A stretch of 64,000 nucleotides of DNA from contig NC_090396.1 of assembly GCF_036365525.1 (NCBI RefSeq), positions 22,234,283 through 22,298,282 of the forward strand. The letters are read 5' to 3'. The DNA comes from Heterodontus francisci. Its lineage: Eukaryota. The position numbers were made by a program, and so were the translations under genes. This document shows, piece after piece, positions 38,901-51,860 of this stretch (position 1 is the first letter of the stretch; the number at the start of each line of letters is the position of its first letter). The notes below the pieces were generated by a model. It was not told the origin of the DNA. It worked only from the letters and a program-made list of their open reading frames with translations, and ran no database searches.

Positions 38901-39896
38901 TTCCAACCCACAGAATGTAATGAAGAAAAGTGACAAATGTCATGCTCAAGCACAGGATGACTGACAGAACACACAGGCATGTTAAGAGAAAAATGTTCAC
39001 AAGTCTCATTCTCAACCAAGCTACACAGTGACAAGATCATTTCGAGTCAGTAGACCATCTATATATTATAGAGACACTTGACCGAAGGACTTGAAAGTCA
39101 GTGCATATGTAAATATTGTTCAAAACTGTCTTCTGTCATTATGTACATAATTTATCTTTTGTGTATTTCCATTTTAGGAAAGGGGGATTTTGTGATACCA
39201 CTTTAACAGTCTGAGTACTTCATACATCATCACAGGAAGTGACATCACTAACACGTGATAGCCCAGTTAGTGTTGTGTTAGTTATCTAGTCACACGTGTA
39301 TTGTAGAGCTCTCTTGTAAACCTGTTACTTAACAATAAAGAACCCGCTGTTTGATTACCTTTCAACTCAAAATTGTTTGGTATGTTATTGCTGAAGGCAA
39401 TAACACAACACAAAGGAGTGCTGCAGCCTTTGGAAGTGCTGTGTTTCAGATGAGAGCCACCAGCCTAGAGTATTGTGCTCACATCTCTAGAGTGGGAATA
39501 TGAACCCACCATCTTCTGCCTCAGAGACAAGAGTGCTACCAAGTGAGCCATGGCTGACACCTTAACCTACAGAAATGTAATAACTTTTGAAGAAGTGGCA
39601 TCCATCGCATGCACACAAAATTCCACAAAATAGTAATAAACAAAATAACCAGTTAAACTGATTTCAATGGAAAATAAAATCGGGCAGGGTGCAAAATCAG
39701 TGTTGCATCCATAGAGCCATCTGTATCCAGCCCCTTCAGTTTCCTGATTAGTCAGGTTAAGTTAAAATCAACCCCACTATATATAACAACAGGAAGTTAG
39801 CTCTATGTGTTAAGCTGGCAGGTGATGCGTAACCAGTCTGTCCTGCGGTCCTCTTTGGCGGTCATTAGGGAGAATTATACCATGTCACAAAGCATA

Positions 39897-40294
39897 GTGG
39901 TAGTGTAGTGATAATGTTACTGGACTAGAAATCCAGAGGGCTGGATCAATGCTCCAGTGACATGAGTCCAAATCCCACCACAGCAGCTGGGGGAATTTAA
40001 ATTCAATTAATTAACAAATCTGGAATAAAATGCTAGTCTTGTTAAGAATGACCATGAACCCACTTGGTGGTTGTTGTTTAAAAACCCATCTGCTTCACTA
40101 ATGTCCTTAAGAGGTGGAAATCTGCAGTCTTTACCTTGTCTGGCCAATATGATTGACTCTTAACTGCCCTCTGATATTGCCTAGCAAGCCACCCAGTTGT
40201 AGGTGGCTCACCACCACCTGCTCAAGGGCAATTAGTAATGGGTAATAAATGCTAGCCTTACCAGTGACACTCACATCTCAAGAATGAATAAAAA
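39897..40294 (+). mobile_element. tRNA-derived SINE sharing its 3' tail with the second LINE family
   Basis: A/B-box-like head, core AAAACCCATCTG..TCACTAATGTCC, tail CCACCACCTGCTCAAGGGCAATTAG...AATAAATGCT...GAATGAATAAAAA. Copies at 42590-42862 and 50680-51090, and a tail at 36333-36396 (-). Confidence 0.8.
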
Positions 40295-41579
40295 TAGCAT
40301 CTTTTTACCTGACCTTTTTGGGTTCCTTTCAGATACAAAACCAAGTGTTAATGTTGGCAGTTATTTACTTCTATCTCTGGGTGGCCCTTCCTGGCAGAAT
40401 ATCTGCTGCCTCATGCTTTACATTGCAAAAGTGGCCCATGTGCCAACTTGTACATGTTAGACCTGCCAAGACTGTTCAAAACTTAGGAATGCATCACATC
40501 AATGAGGTCCCAAGAAGCCAAGAATTCAACTGTGCTTTCATCTGCAGGTGGTTATGTCATGACAACACTGGCATCCATGAGAATGCTGCAACAAGGTCCT
40601 TGCACAAGTAAACAAAATAGATGCAGTAATAGGAACAGGAGAAGGCCATTCAACTACTCAAGCCTGTTCTATTATTCAGTAGTTACCAGTAAATCCAATA
40701 GGGAAATAGGGAGAAATTTCTTTACCCAAAGAATAGTTAGAATGTGGAAGTCACTACCACAGGAAGTGGTTGAGGCAATTCGTTTAGATGCTTTCAAAAG
40801 GGAACTAGTTGAGTATATGAGAAAAAAGGCAATAGAACGATTTGCTGAAAGGCTGAGATGAGGTAGATAAAATATAACTGAGTCAGAAGGTTGTGGGTTT
40901 AAATCCCATTCCAGATAAAATAGGAGCAGCCTCGTGTGGATATAAACATTAGCGCAGACTGGTTGGGCTGAATGACCTGTTTCTGTGCTCGTTATTCAAT
41001 GTAATTAGATCATGGCTGATCTTTATCTTAACTCCAATTACCCACATTCGTTCTGTACCTTTTAATATGCTTGCTTAATACCCTCGCGTTTTTTTTTAAA
41101 TTTCGCAATGTCTGTAATCTCAATTAAGCACCCCCAAATGCCCAGGGAAATTTGTATCACCTAGCATGATGCTATGCCATTCAGACCACTGGCAGTTCTA
41201 GGTTTCAGCACAGAATTAACTGATCTCTGGCAACAATTGGCCTCAGTAACTTGGTCAGGGGAAGGAAAAAAATAGTCAGGATTTCTAACCCCTGATTATT
41301 GCCCAGTTGACTTAATTCGTCATATTTTTGCCTTTGAGTCAGAAGGTACAGATTCAAGCCTCACTACAGCATAATCAAATCTGATAATTCTGAGTATTGA
41401 GGGAGGCATTGTCCTTTGGATGTGGTATTAAAAGCTCTGAATGCTTTTTTCTGCTGATTGAAGTGGATGTTAAAGATCCCATGGCACAATCTGAATAGAT
41501 TCTTTCTGCTTCCCGGCCAATGTTCCTCCCTTAATCAATAGCACCTAAACCAGGTTAACTGGTTAGTTTTGCAGATAAG

Positions 41580-42390
41580 GTGACAGCTGTGGCTCAATGG
41601 TTAGCACTCTCGTCTCTGAGTCAGAAGGTTGTGGGTTTAAATCTCATTCCAGAGACATGAGCACCTAATCTAGGCTGACACTCAAGTGTAGTATTGAGGG
41701 TGTATCACGCTGTTGGAGGTGCCGTCTCATGAATGAGACACTAGAACTGAACAATTATACCTATCGGGAAGGATTGAACAGGCTCTTTGCTCTAGGAAGG
41801 AGAAAACTTAGGATGACCTGATAGAATTCTTTAAGATTATGAAAGAGTTTGACATGGTAAAATAGAGATGTTTCCACTTGAAGGCAAGTTCAGAACTAGG
41901 GGATATAAATATAATATAGTTCATTATAAATCTAACAGAAAATTCAGTTGAAACTTCTTCACCCAGAGAGTGGATAGAATGTGGAGCCACATGGAGTAGT
42001 TGAGGTGAATAGCATATATGCATTCAAGGGAAAGTTAGCTAAACAATGAGGGAGAAAAGGATAGAAGGATATGATGACTCATGTCGAGCATAGATGCCAG
42101 AATGGATCTATTGGACCAAATAGCATACTTCTGTGCTGTAGATATTTTGTAAACTGAGTCCCCGTGGCAAGAAAAGATCCCATGGTGCTATTTCAAAGAA
42201 GAGCAGTGGAATTCTCCCAAGTGTCCTGGTCAATATTTATTCCTCAACCAACATTACTGCTCAAAACTGACTGCGGTGTTTCCGATATAACAACAGTAAC
42301 TACACTTCAAAAGTATTTCAGTGACTGTAAAGTGCTTTGGGATACCCTGAGCTTGTGAAAGGTGCTACATTAATTCAAGTTATTTCTTTA
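41580..42390 (+). mobile_element. Deu-domain/SacSINE1-like SINE interrupted by a CR1 3' fragment (41751-42151)
   Basis: tRNA-like head GTGGCTCAATGGTTAGCAC...GGGTTTAAATCTC. AACTGA duplicated at 41745-41750 and 42152-42157. L2-like tail. Other decayed copies at 41310-41560, 39465-39560 (-) and 21205-21295 (-). Confidence 0.75.
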
Positions 42391-45300
42391 TTCTTTTCCG
42401 TCTATGATTTTTGAAGTGCTTCACTGAAAACCCGACAACGGTTCCAGTACGTCAGCTGATGTTAGCCATTGCATAGATCACTCTTATAACCAGATCTAGG
42501 TAAGGACCTATTAGAATTATTCTACCGAATGAGGCTGATGCAGCAACTGAGTTCCAAGAGCTGTGTGAACATATTGCCCATCCCATAAAATCTGGAATTG
42601 AAACCTAGCCTCAGTAATGGTGCCATGAAACTATCATCGATTATCGTAAAAACCCATCTGGTTCACTAATGTCCTTTGGGGAATGAAATCTGCCATCCTT
42701 ACCTGGTCTGGCCTACATGTGACTCCAGACCAACACCAAAGTGGTTGACTCTTACCTGCCTTCTGAAATGGCCTCGCAAGCCACTTAGTTCAAAGGCAAT
42801 TAGGGATGGGCAACAAATACTGACCTTACCAGGGATGCCCACATCCCATGAAAGAATAAAAAATGTAAAGTTCTGTGCAAAATTGGTTCATGTTTTAGTA
42901 TTTCACCTGTTCTGTCTTCAAATAAGCTACTCCATAGAATTAGATGAGGTATAGAACACAAACAAAATGAGATAAAAGTGTGTAAGTCAGACCCCATTGT
43001 ATTCTAGCCTCCTGCGCATTCCTGCCTTCCTTTGCTCCACCATTGGCAGCTGGATCTTCAAGTGTCTAGGCCCAACGCTCTGGAATTTCCTCCCTCAACC
43101 TCTCCACCTCTTTCTTCACCTTCAAGACATTCCTTAAAATCTCCCTCTTTGACCAAATGTTTGGTCACCTGTCCTAATGTCTCCATGGTGCAGCAGGCCA
43201 TTTAAGGTGGGGAGGATTGAAAAGGAATGTGGTAGTGATATGGGAGAGTATAGTCAGGGGGATAGATACTACTCTCTGTAACCGTGAACAGGAGTTCTGA
43301 TGGTTGTTTTGCTTGTCTGGTGCTAGGTTTAAAGACATCTCCTTGCAATTGGAAAAGGAATTGGAGTTGGAGGGGGAGGATCCACTTGTTGTGGTCCACA
43401 CAGGAACCACTGACATAGTTATAATGAGGAATGAGGTTCTATTGAGGGAGTTTGAGGAGCTAGAGTCCAAATTAAAAAGCAGAACTTCAAATGTAATAAT
43501 TTCTGGATTACTGCCTGAGCCACATGCAAATTGGCACAGGGTCGAACAGATCAGAGAGTTGAATATGTGGCTGAAAAAGTGGTGTGGGAGACAGGGGTTT
43601 CAATTCATGGGGCACTGGCACTGGGGAGGGAGCTGTTCTATTGGGACAGGCTTCACCTAAATCAGGCTGGGACTAGTTTCCTGATGAATTATATAACTAG
43701 GGCTGTAGATAGGGCTTTAAACTAAAAAAAAAGGGAGGTGAGGGAAGGGTTCAAGTGAGGGGAAATTTATAACTCTAAAGAGAAAAGTCAAGGCCACAGA
43801 GTAGTCTAGTGACTTGAGTAAAGATAAGCAGAGTTTAAATGGAAGGAACAAAAAGCTTGATGGTAAAAGAGCATCAGTGAATAAGGTCAAATCAGGAAAA
43901 ATGGTAGGAAGTTAAAATTAAAGATGTTTTATCTGAATGCGCAAAACATTTGTAACAATATAGAAGAATTAATAGCACAAGTTCAGATAAATTTGATCTA
44001 ATAACCATTACAAAGAAGTGATTGCAGGTGGCAAAGGTTGGGAACTGAATATTGCAGAGTATTTGACCTTTCAAAAAGACAGACACAATGAAAAAGATGG
44101 GAGGATGGTGCAGGGTAGCCCTGATAATGAAGGATGATGTAAGGAGAATCTTCGCTTGGAAGAGCAGAAAGTAGAATCAGTATGGGTGGAGAAATAACAA
44201 GGGTAAGAAAATGTTGGTGGGAGTAGTTTATCGGCCCCCTACCAGTAGTTATACTGTTGGACAGAATGTTAATCAACAATTAAGAGGAGCTTGTAACAAA
44301 GACAATGAAATAATCATGGGGGTGTTAATCTTCATGTAGGCTGAACAGATCACATTGGCAAAGGTAATTTGGAGCACGAGTTCATGGAATGCATTCAAGA
44401 CTGTTTCCTAGAACAATACATTATGGAACCAACCAGGGAAGAGGCTATCTTTTTTAAATGTAATGAGACAGGGTTAATTATAAATCTCATAGTAAGGGAT
44501 CCTCTGGAGAGGAGTGATCATAATATGATAGAATTTCAGATTGAGTTTGAGAGTGACGTACATAACTCCAAAACTGAGTGTTGAACTTAAATAAAGCTAA
44601 TTGCATAGGTATGAAGGGGCACATTGGCTAAGGTAGATTGGGAAAATAGATTAAAATCTATGATGGTAAATGAGTAATGGAAAACTTTTAAAGGAATATT
44701 TCATAATTCTCAATGAATCTACATTCCATTGAGAAATAAAAACTACATGGGCAAAGAGATCCATCCATGGGTAATGAAAGAGGTTAAGGATAGTATTAAA
44801 TTAAAAGAGGCTTATAACAAGAACAGTAGTAAGTCTGAAGATTGGAAGATTTTATATACCAGCAAAGGATAACAAAAAAGTTGATAAAGAGGGAAACTGA
44901 TCAGAAATATTGTAAGAACTTCTACAAATATGTTAAAAGGAAGAGAGTAGCAAAAGTAAACATGGGTCCCTTAGAGGCTTAGACATTGAATAAGGAAATG
45001 GCAGACACATTAAACAAATATTTTGTGTCTGTCTTCACAGTAGAAGACACAAAAAAAACCCAGAAATAGTGGGGAACGAAGAGTCTAATGAGAATGAGGA
45101 ACTTAAAGTAAATAATATTCATAAAGAAAAAATACTGGAGAAATTAATGGGACTGAAAGCTGACAAATCCTCTGTAGCTGATGGCCTACATCCTTGAGTT
45201 CCAACAGAAATGGCTGCAACGATAATGGATGCACTGGTTGTGATCTTCCAAAAAGTTCCAGTTAGAAAATGTAACACAACTATTCAAGAAAGTCAGGAGA

Positions 45301-45551
45301 GAGAAACATGGAAGTATAGGCCAGTTAGTCTGATTTCAATCACCAGGAAAATTCTGGATTCCACTATTAAGGAAGTTGTAACAAAGCACTTAGAAAATCA
45401 TAATATGACTGGGCAGAATCAACATGGTTTTATGAAAAGGAAATCATGTTTGACAAATTTCTTAGTGTTTTTTGAGATGTAACTAGTTGGGGTAGTATCG
45501 AACTAGGGTAGATAAAAGGGAACCAGTGGATACTTGGACAATATACTTGGA

Positions 45552-47693
45552 GCTGGAACCTGTCATAGCCGCTAAGCGCATTGCACTGTTGAACTACAAG
45601 AAAGCCCCCAGCAATTTAACATCCGCAGCACTTAAAGCAGCCAGAAGTACTGCACAAAGAACAGCTAGGCGTTGCGCAAACGACTACTGGCAACACCTAT
45701 GCAGTCATATTCAGCTGGCCTCAGACACCGGAAACATCAGAGGAATGTATGATGGCATGAAGAGAGCTCTTGGGCCAACCATCAAGAAGATCGCCCCCCT
45801 CAAATCTAAATCGGGGGACATAATCACTGACCAACGCAAACAGATGGACCGCTGGGTTGAGCACTACCTAGAACTGTACTCCAGGGAGAATGCTGTCACT
45901 GAGATTGCCCTCAATGCAGCCCAGCCTCTACCAGTCATGGATGAGCTGGACATACAGCCAACCAAATCGGAACTCAGTGATGCCATTGATTCCCTAGCCA
46001 GCGGAAAAGCCCCTGGGAAGGACAGCATTACCCCTGAAATAATCAAGAGTGCCAAGCCTGCTATACTCTCAGCACTACATGAACTGCTATGCCTGTGCTG
46101 GGACGAGGGAGCAGTACCCCAGGACATGCGCGATGCCAACATCATCACCCTCTATAAAAACAAAGGTGACCGCGGTGACTGCAACAACTACCGTGGAATC
46201 TCCCTGCTCAGCATAGTGGGGAAAGTCTTTGCTCGAGTCGCTCTGAACAGGCTCCAGAAGCTGGCCGAGCGCGTCTACCCTGAGGCACAGTGTGGCTTTC
46301 GTGCAGAGAGATCGACCATTGACATGCTGTTCTCCCTTCGTCAGATACAGGAGAAATGCCGTGAACAACAGATGCCCCTCTACATTGCTTTCATTGATCT
46401 CACCAAAGCCTTTGACCTCGTCAGCAGACGTGGTCTCTTCAGACTACTAGAAAAGATCGGATGTCCACCAAAGCTACTAAGTATCATCACCTCATTCCAT
46501 GACAATATGAAAGGCACAATTCAACATGGTGGCTCCTCATCAGAGCCCTTTCCTATCCTGAGTGGTGTGAAACAGGGCTGTGTTCTCGCACCCACACTTT
46601 TTGGGATTTTCTTCTCCCTGCTGCTTTCACATGCGTTCAAATCCTCTGAAGAAGGAATTTTCCTCCACACAAGATCAGGGGGCAGGTTGTTCAACCTTGC
46701 CCGTCTAAGAGCGAAGTCCAAAGTACGGAAAGTCCTCATCAGAGAACTCCTCTTTGCTGACGATGCTGCTTTAACATCTCACACTGAAGAGTGCCTGCAG
46801 AGTCTCATCGACAGGTTTGCGTCTGCCTGCAATGAATTTGGCCTAACCATCAGCCTCAAGAAAACGAACATCATGGGGCAGGATGTCAGAAATGCTCCAT
46901 CCATCAATATTGGCGACCACGCTCTGGAAGTGGTTCAAGAGTTCACCTACCTAGGCTCAACTATCACCAGTAACCTATCTCTAGATGCAGAAATCAACAA
47001 GCGCATGGGTAAGGCTTCCACTGCTATGTCCAGACTGGCCAAGAGAGTGTGGGAAAATGGCGCACTGACACGGAACACAAAAGTCCGAGTGTATCAGGCC
47101 TGTGTCCTCAGTACCTTGCTCTACGGCAGCGAGGCCTGGACAACGTATGCCAGCCAAGAGCGACGTCTCAATTCATTCCATCTTCGCTGCCTTCGGAGAA
47201 TACTTGGCATCAGGTGGCAGGACTATATCTCCAACACAGAAGTCCTTGAAGTGGCCAACACCCCCAGCTTATACACACTACTGAGTCAGCGGCGCTTGAG
47301 ATGGCTTGGCCATGTGAGCGCATGGAAGATGGCAGGATCCCCAAAGACACATTGTACAGCGAGCTCGCCACTGGTATCAGACCCACCGGCCGTCCATGTC
47401 TCCCCTATAAAGACGTCTGCAAACGCGACATGAAATCGTGTGACATTGATCACAAGTCGTGGGAGTCAGTTGCCAGCATTCGCCAGAGCTGGCGGGCAGC
47501 CATAAAGACAGGGCTAAATTGTGGCGAGTCGAAGAGACTTAGTAGTTGGCAGGAAAAAAGACAGAGGCGCAAGGGGAGAGCCAACTGTGCAACAGCCCCG
47601 ACAAACAAATTTCTCTGCAGCACCTGTGGAAGAGCCTGTCACTCCAGAATTGGCCTTTATAGCCACTCCAGGCGCTGCTTCACAAACCACTGA
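45552..47693 (+). CDS. RTE reverse transcriptase ORF (5'-truncated; one frameshift near 47318; C-terminal C2H2-like finger)
   Basis: NYRGISLLS, QCGFR, FIDLTKAFD, GVKQGCVLAP, LLFADD, FTYLGS, RRLRWLGHV, then MEDGRIPK...CSTCGRACHSRIGLYSH. Confidence 0.93.
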
Positions 47694-47760
47694 CCACCTC
47701 CAGGCGCGTATCCATTGTCTCTCGAGATAAGGAGGCCCAAAAGAAAAAAAGAAAAAAGAA
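45552..47760 (+). mobile_element. Young 5'-truncated RTE-clade (BovB/Expander-like) LINE
   Basis: 9-bp TSD ATACTTGGA (45543-45551, 47761-47769). A-rich tail with GAAAAA-type repeats. Confidence 0.93.
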
Positions 47761-49439
47761 ATACTTGGATTTCTAAAGGGATTCAATAACGTGCCATGTA
47801 AAAGGTTGTCGCACAAGGTAAGGGCTCAGGTTAAAGGTTAAAGGACAGAAAACAAAGAGTAGGAATAAACAGGTCATTTTCAGGTTAGCAGGCTGTCACT
47901 AGTATCCACAAGGATCAGTACTGGGGCCTCAGCTATTTACAATTTATATTAATGATTCAGATGATTCACTAGTAGGAAGAATAGAAGAAACTGAATCTTT
48001 TTTTAAAAGGTATGAAACTATTAGCTGTTGGTGTTCAGAGGGACTTGGTGTCTTTGTACAAGAAACACACTAAGTTAAGATACAGGTACAGAAATTAATT
48101 AGCGAGGCAAATTGTATGTTAGCCTCTATTGGAAGGGGATTGGAAAAAAATAGTAAGGAAGTCTTGCTGCAATTATTCGGGACTTTGGTGAGACCACACC
48201 TGGAGTATTGCATACAGTTTTGGTCTCCTTCCCTAAGGAAGGATATACTTGCTTTAGACAGGGTGCAACAAAGGTTCACTAGATTGATTCCTTGGATGTG
48301 AGAATTGTTCTATGAGGAGAGATAGAGAAGAATGTGCCAATACTCTCTGGAAGAAGAATGAGAGGTGATCTCATTGAAAAAATAAGATTCTTTGACTGCT
48401 TGTCAGGATAGATGCTGAGAGGCTGTTTGCCATGGCTGGAAAGTCTCAAACTATGGACATAGTGTCAGGCTAAGGGAATGACCATTTTGGATTTAGATGA
48501 GCAGAAATTTCTTCACTCAGATGGTGGAGAGTCTTTGAAATTCTCAACCCCAGAGAGCTGTGGATGTTCAGTCCCTGAGTATATTCAAATCTGAGATCGA
48601 TAGATCTATGGACTCGAGGTGAATCAAGGGATATGTTGGAGCAGACTCAAGGGGTTATATGATCTGCTCCTTTTCATATTTCTTATGTTGTTATGTTCTT
48701 TGGCTAGGTGTCATTGTTTTTTTTGTCTAATTACACTCCTGTGAAGTGCTTTGGGACATTTACTGTGTTAAAGGCGCCATTGAAATGCAAGTTGTTTTTG
48801 TTATAAAGTGATCACCATAGAATGGGAAGGATACTGTTGCCCTCGAAAGGATGAATACAGGAGATGGAGTTGAAATTGCATTATTTATTTTTGTTGGTAT
48901 TCTATTCCTCTTGTTTACACGTACAAAGCAGGGAGAAGTTTGGGAAGTGGCTCGAAGGAGCTTCGGTTAACATTCAAAGTGTGCTTCAGTCTGCTTCAGT
49001 CAAGCAGCCTCCTCCCCACCCCCAATCTCCAATATTTTTAGAACTAATATGTAAAAGTGTTCAAAGAACACACAATTTTTTGTAATGCTTCAGTTCCTGG
49101 AGACTCCAGGACAATCCTGGAGGCTTGGTAACCCTACTGTTCAAGCATGTACCATATTCTTTTGTTAAAAAGACCTTGAGCTTCACTGGGGGAAGGGTTA
49201 GATTGTTGTTGGCTGTGAGGTTCTGACTGCAATGTCTCGGTAAAGGAAGCAAAATGCCATGGAGGAAGAGTGCTTAAGAGTGGATGACAATGAGATCCTT
49301 CACAGTGAGTTTGAGTCAGGAACAGAGGGGTACAACCCAGAAGCAGATCCACATGGCAGAAACTGGGCTACTGGTTCTGGAGGTGAATTGGATGCTTAAA
49401 CTGAAATATGAGGAACGGGACAAGGATAAGACGGTTAAA

Positions 49440-50196
49440 CGGGTTTTGGAGCAAGTCCGAGAGGTGAGACATAACGTAAACAATGGCAGTCTGCCTGCGT
49501 GGACCACGAGTCACGGAGCCGCCGCGATATTCAGCGCAACGGCTCATTTAAATGGCTGGGGAGGACCACCTACCCCAATGACATGGAGGGGGTGGGCGGT
49601 CCAACACAGCAATGGCATTGGCAGCCTTTGCGCAGGTGCCGTCGCCATTTTTAAAGGGCTTCAAACCTCCATTTAATTTAAATATTTAAAGAAGGAGGTT
49701 ACAAAAAATTTTTAAAACATTTAATTTTCCCCTCTCCATTACTTGCCCTCTCCCCCCTCAAATAACACTTTCTCTGCCCACCTGACCTTCTCCCCCCACC
49801 ACCCTCCAAAATTCATAAACTGTGCACTGTAACCCTTCCTCCCATCCCCTACACCAATCGGATGAGTTTGACCCCATTCCCCCCCCAACACCCCGCACTG
49901 GAAACCTTAGCTGCTTCCATGTCCCCCCACCAGTGTTCCGCCTCGGATCCCCAGACAGGGACCCAATGGCGCGGGAGTGCCGGTTGCCCACACTAATATC
50001 ACTCCGGGACAGACGGCGGGAGTGCGACCGTCATTAATTCAGGTATTTACATTAATTTACATATTGAAATTGGGGCAATGTGGGGCTGGGCCTTCCCGGC
50101 TTCAAGGGCCGTGGCAGGTCTCTCCCTCTCCCAGAGGCATTTTCTGCCACCCCACGCCACAACCCCTGATGTCAGGGTATCTGTAAAATTCAGCCC
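49440..50196. mobile_element. MITE related to 7860-8610; left end unclear
   Basis: Shared internal blocks and right terminus AAAATTCAGCCC. Confidence 0.6.
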
Positions 50197-51688
50197 AATA
50201 ATTCACAGAAAGCAAATGATTACAGTTGCCCTGATTATAAAATTTATATAAAAATTGGCTGCTATATAACAGTGACTACACTTCAAAAGTAATTCAATCG
50301 TCGTGAAATACTGAGAGATGTCCCAAGGATGTGAAAAGCCCTATGTAAATGCATTTTCTTTTTCTTTTCTTTCCTCTTTTATTTCTCCCTTGCAAAGAAA
50401 ACCCAAGACTTACCCAATGTCCCCAAACGCCTCATAGAATAAGAGAGCACAGAAGAAGGCCATTTGTAGAATGTCTACATCATTCTCGTCCATTAGCACA
50501 TTGGATTGTCTCACAGTCCAGGTATAAGGCAAACTTTCAATTGAGTGCATCAAATTTTGGGATTTAATTTGAATGGTGAAGGATGCCACCTCCACAATAA
50601 GCAATTTAATTGGTATAGAAATTGACCACCACTGATAAGAGAAGGTGGAACAATTTGATAACAAGTAAACCCATTAAGGGTACGGTAACATAGTGATTAT
50701 GTTACTGGTAAATAGCATTGCAGTGGCCTGAACTAATCATCCTGAGACATGAGTTCAAATCGCACTATGACTACCATCTGGGGACTTTAAATTCAATTAA
50801 TTAAATGAAAAGATTGGAATAAAAATCTAATATCAATAATGGTGACCATAAAGATACTGGATTGTTGTAAAAGCCCATTTGGTTCACTAATCTCCTTTAG
50901 GAAAGGAAATCTGCCGTCCTTATCTGCTCTGAACCATTTGTGATTCCAGGCTCACAGCAATGTGGTTGACTCTTAACTGCCCTTTGAAATGGCCTAGCAA
51001 GCCACTCAGTTGTATTCAAGAAAGCAGCTCACCACTGCCTCCTCAAGAGCAATCATGGATGGGCAGTGACACCCACATCCTGTGAATGAATTCGGGAAAA
51101 ATTCCCTCTTCCCCCAGCATATCTCAGAATACTTTTGGATAAAGAGAACATGTTGGACAATTTGTTATTGTTGGGCAAAAGCTATTGTCTTTCCATCATG
51201 CAGCAACAAGTTAGCTGTGTCCTGGCCACAACTATATTCCTGGGACCTTAGTTTGCGAAAGTTTATTTAGAGAATGTGGCAAAGGATTTGAAAATACTAA
51301 GAGATGAGAAAAACAAATCACATTACCTATTAGGGCATGAGAGACAATGAGAACTATTTCTTGGCCCAGCCTGAAAAAGATTTGGACTGTAAGACCCAAT
51401 CGAAAAAGCTCTTCATTTTCTATAGTTAAAACATTCATTATGTTAGCTGATCTAACCTGGCAGAAACATTGGGTTGAATTTGAACTCAGTGCGGCGCCAG
51501 CATTTAGCGGCCACCTCAGAGCCCCCACGATATTACGTGGGGAGAGGCAGTACATTCGGTGCAGTAAGAGAGTTTTTGACAGCTGTGCAGCAGGCACCGG
51601 GCCCTATTTTAAGCGTCCCAGCATCTGCTTCCTGATAGCTGTCAAAGAATACTTACCTGACTACTGAAGAGTGGGGCTGCTGTCAATC

Positions 51689-51860
51689 TGGCAGCAAAGC
51701 AGAAAGTGCTGGAGAAACTCAGCAGGTCAGGCAGCATCTGTGAAGAGGGAGAAGCAGAGTTAACTTGGCCAAGTTCACAGGCCTGAAAGATAACTCTGCC
51801 TCTCTCCACAGATGCTGCCTGACTTGCTGAGTTACCCCAGCACTTTCCGCTTTGCTGCCA
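51689..51860. repeat. Long hairpin formed by two inverted Penelope pLTR pieces
   Basis: TGGCAGCAAAGCAGAAAGTGCTGG...CCAGCACTTTCCGCTTTGCTGCCA. Arms of about 70 bp around a ~25-nt spacer. Confidence 0.85.

Larger units (their letters stand above)
33998..39410 (+). mobile_element. Full-length but decayed Ty3/Gypsy LTR retrotransposon
   Basis: LTRs at 33998-34215 and 39188-39410. Outer termini TGTTGTG...CACAACA. 5-bp TSD CAAAG (33993-33997, 39411-39415). PBS-like TGGCAGC at 34569. PPT AGGAAAGGGGGA before 39188. Confidence 0.95.
43185..48690 (+). mobile_element. Old, decayed CR1 LINE (ORF1 esterase, ORF2, tail), interrupted by an RTE element
   Basis: CLSGA...VVHTGTTD...IISGLLP (43304-43660). APE remnants. 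YRPVSLIS...QHGF (45210-45482). LVRPHLEYCIQFW (48116-48301). Confidence 0.88.

Noticed and set aside
41580-41655. tRNA gene
   Set aside because: It is a tRNA-like SINE head that continues into SINE body, with multiple decayed copies and no convincing cloverleaf.
45526-45551. N-terminus of the 635-aa RT ORF
   Set aside because: The first codons come from the flanking CR1 and TSD. The RTE is 5'-truncated and lacks its endonuclease.
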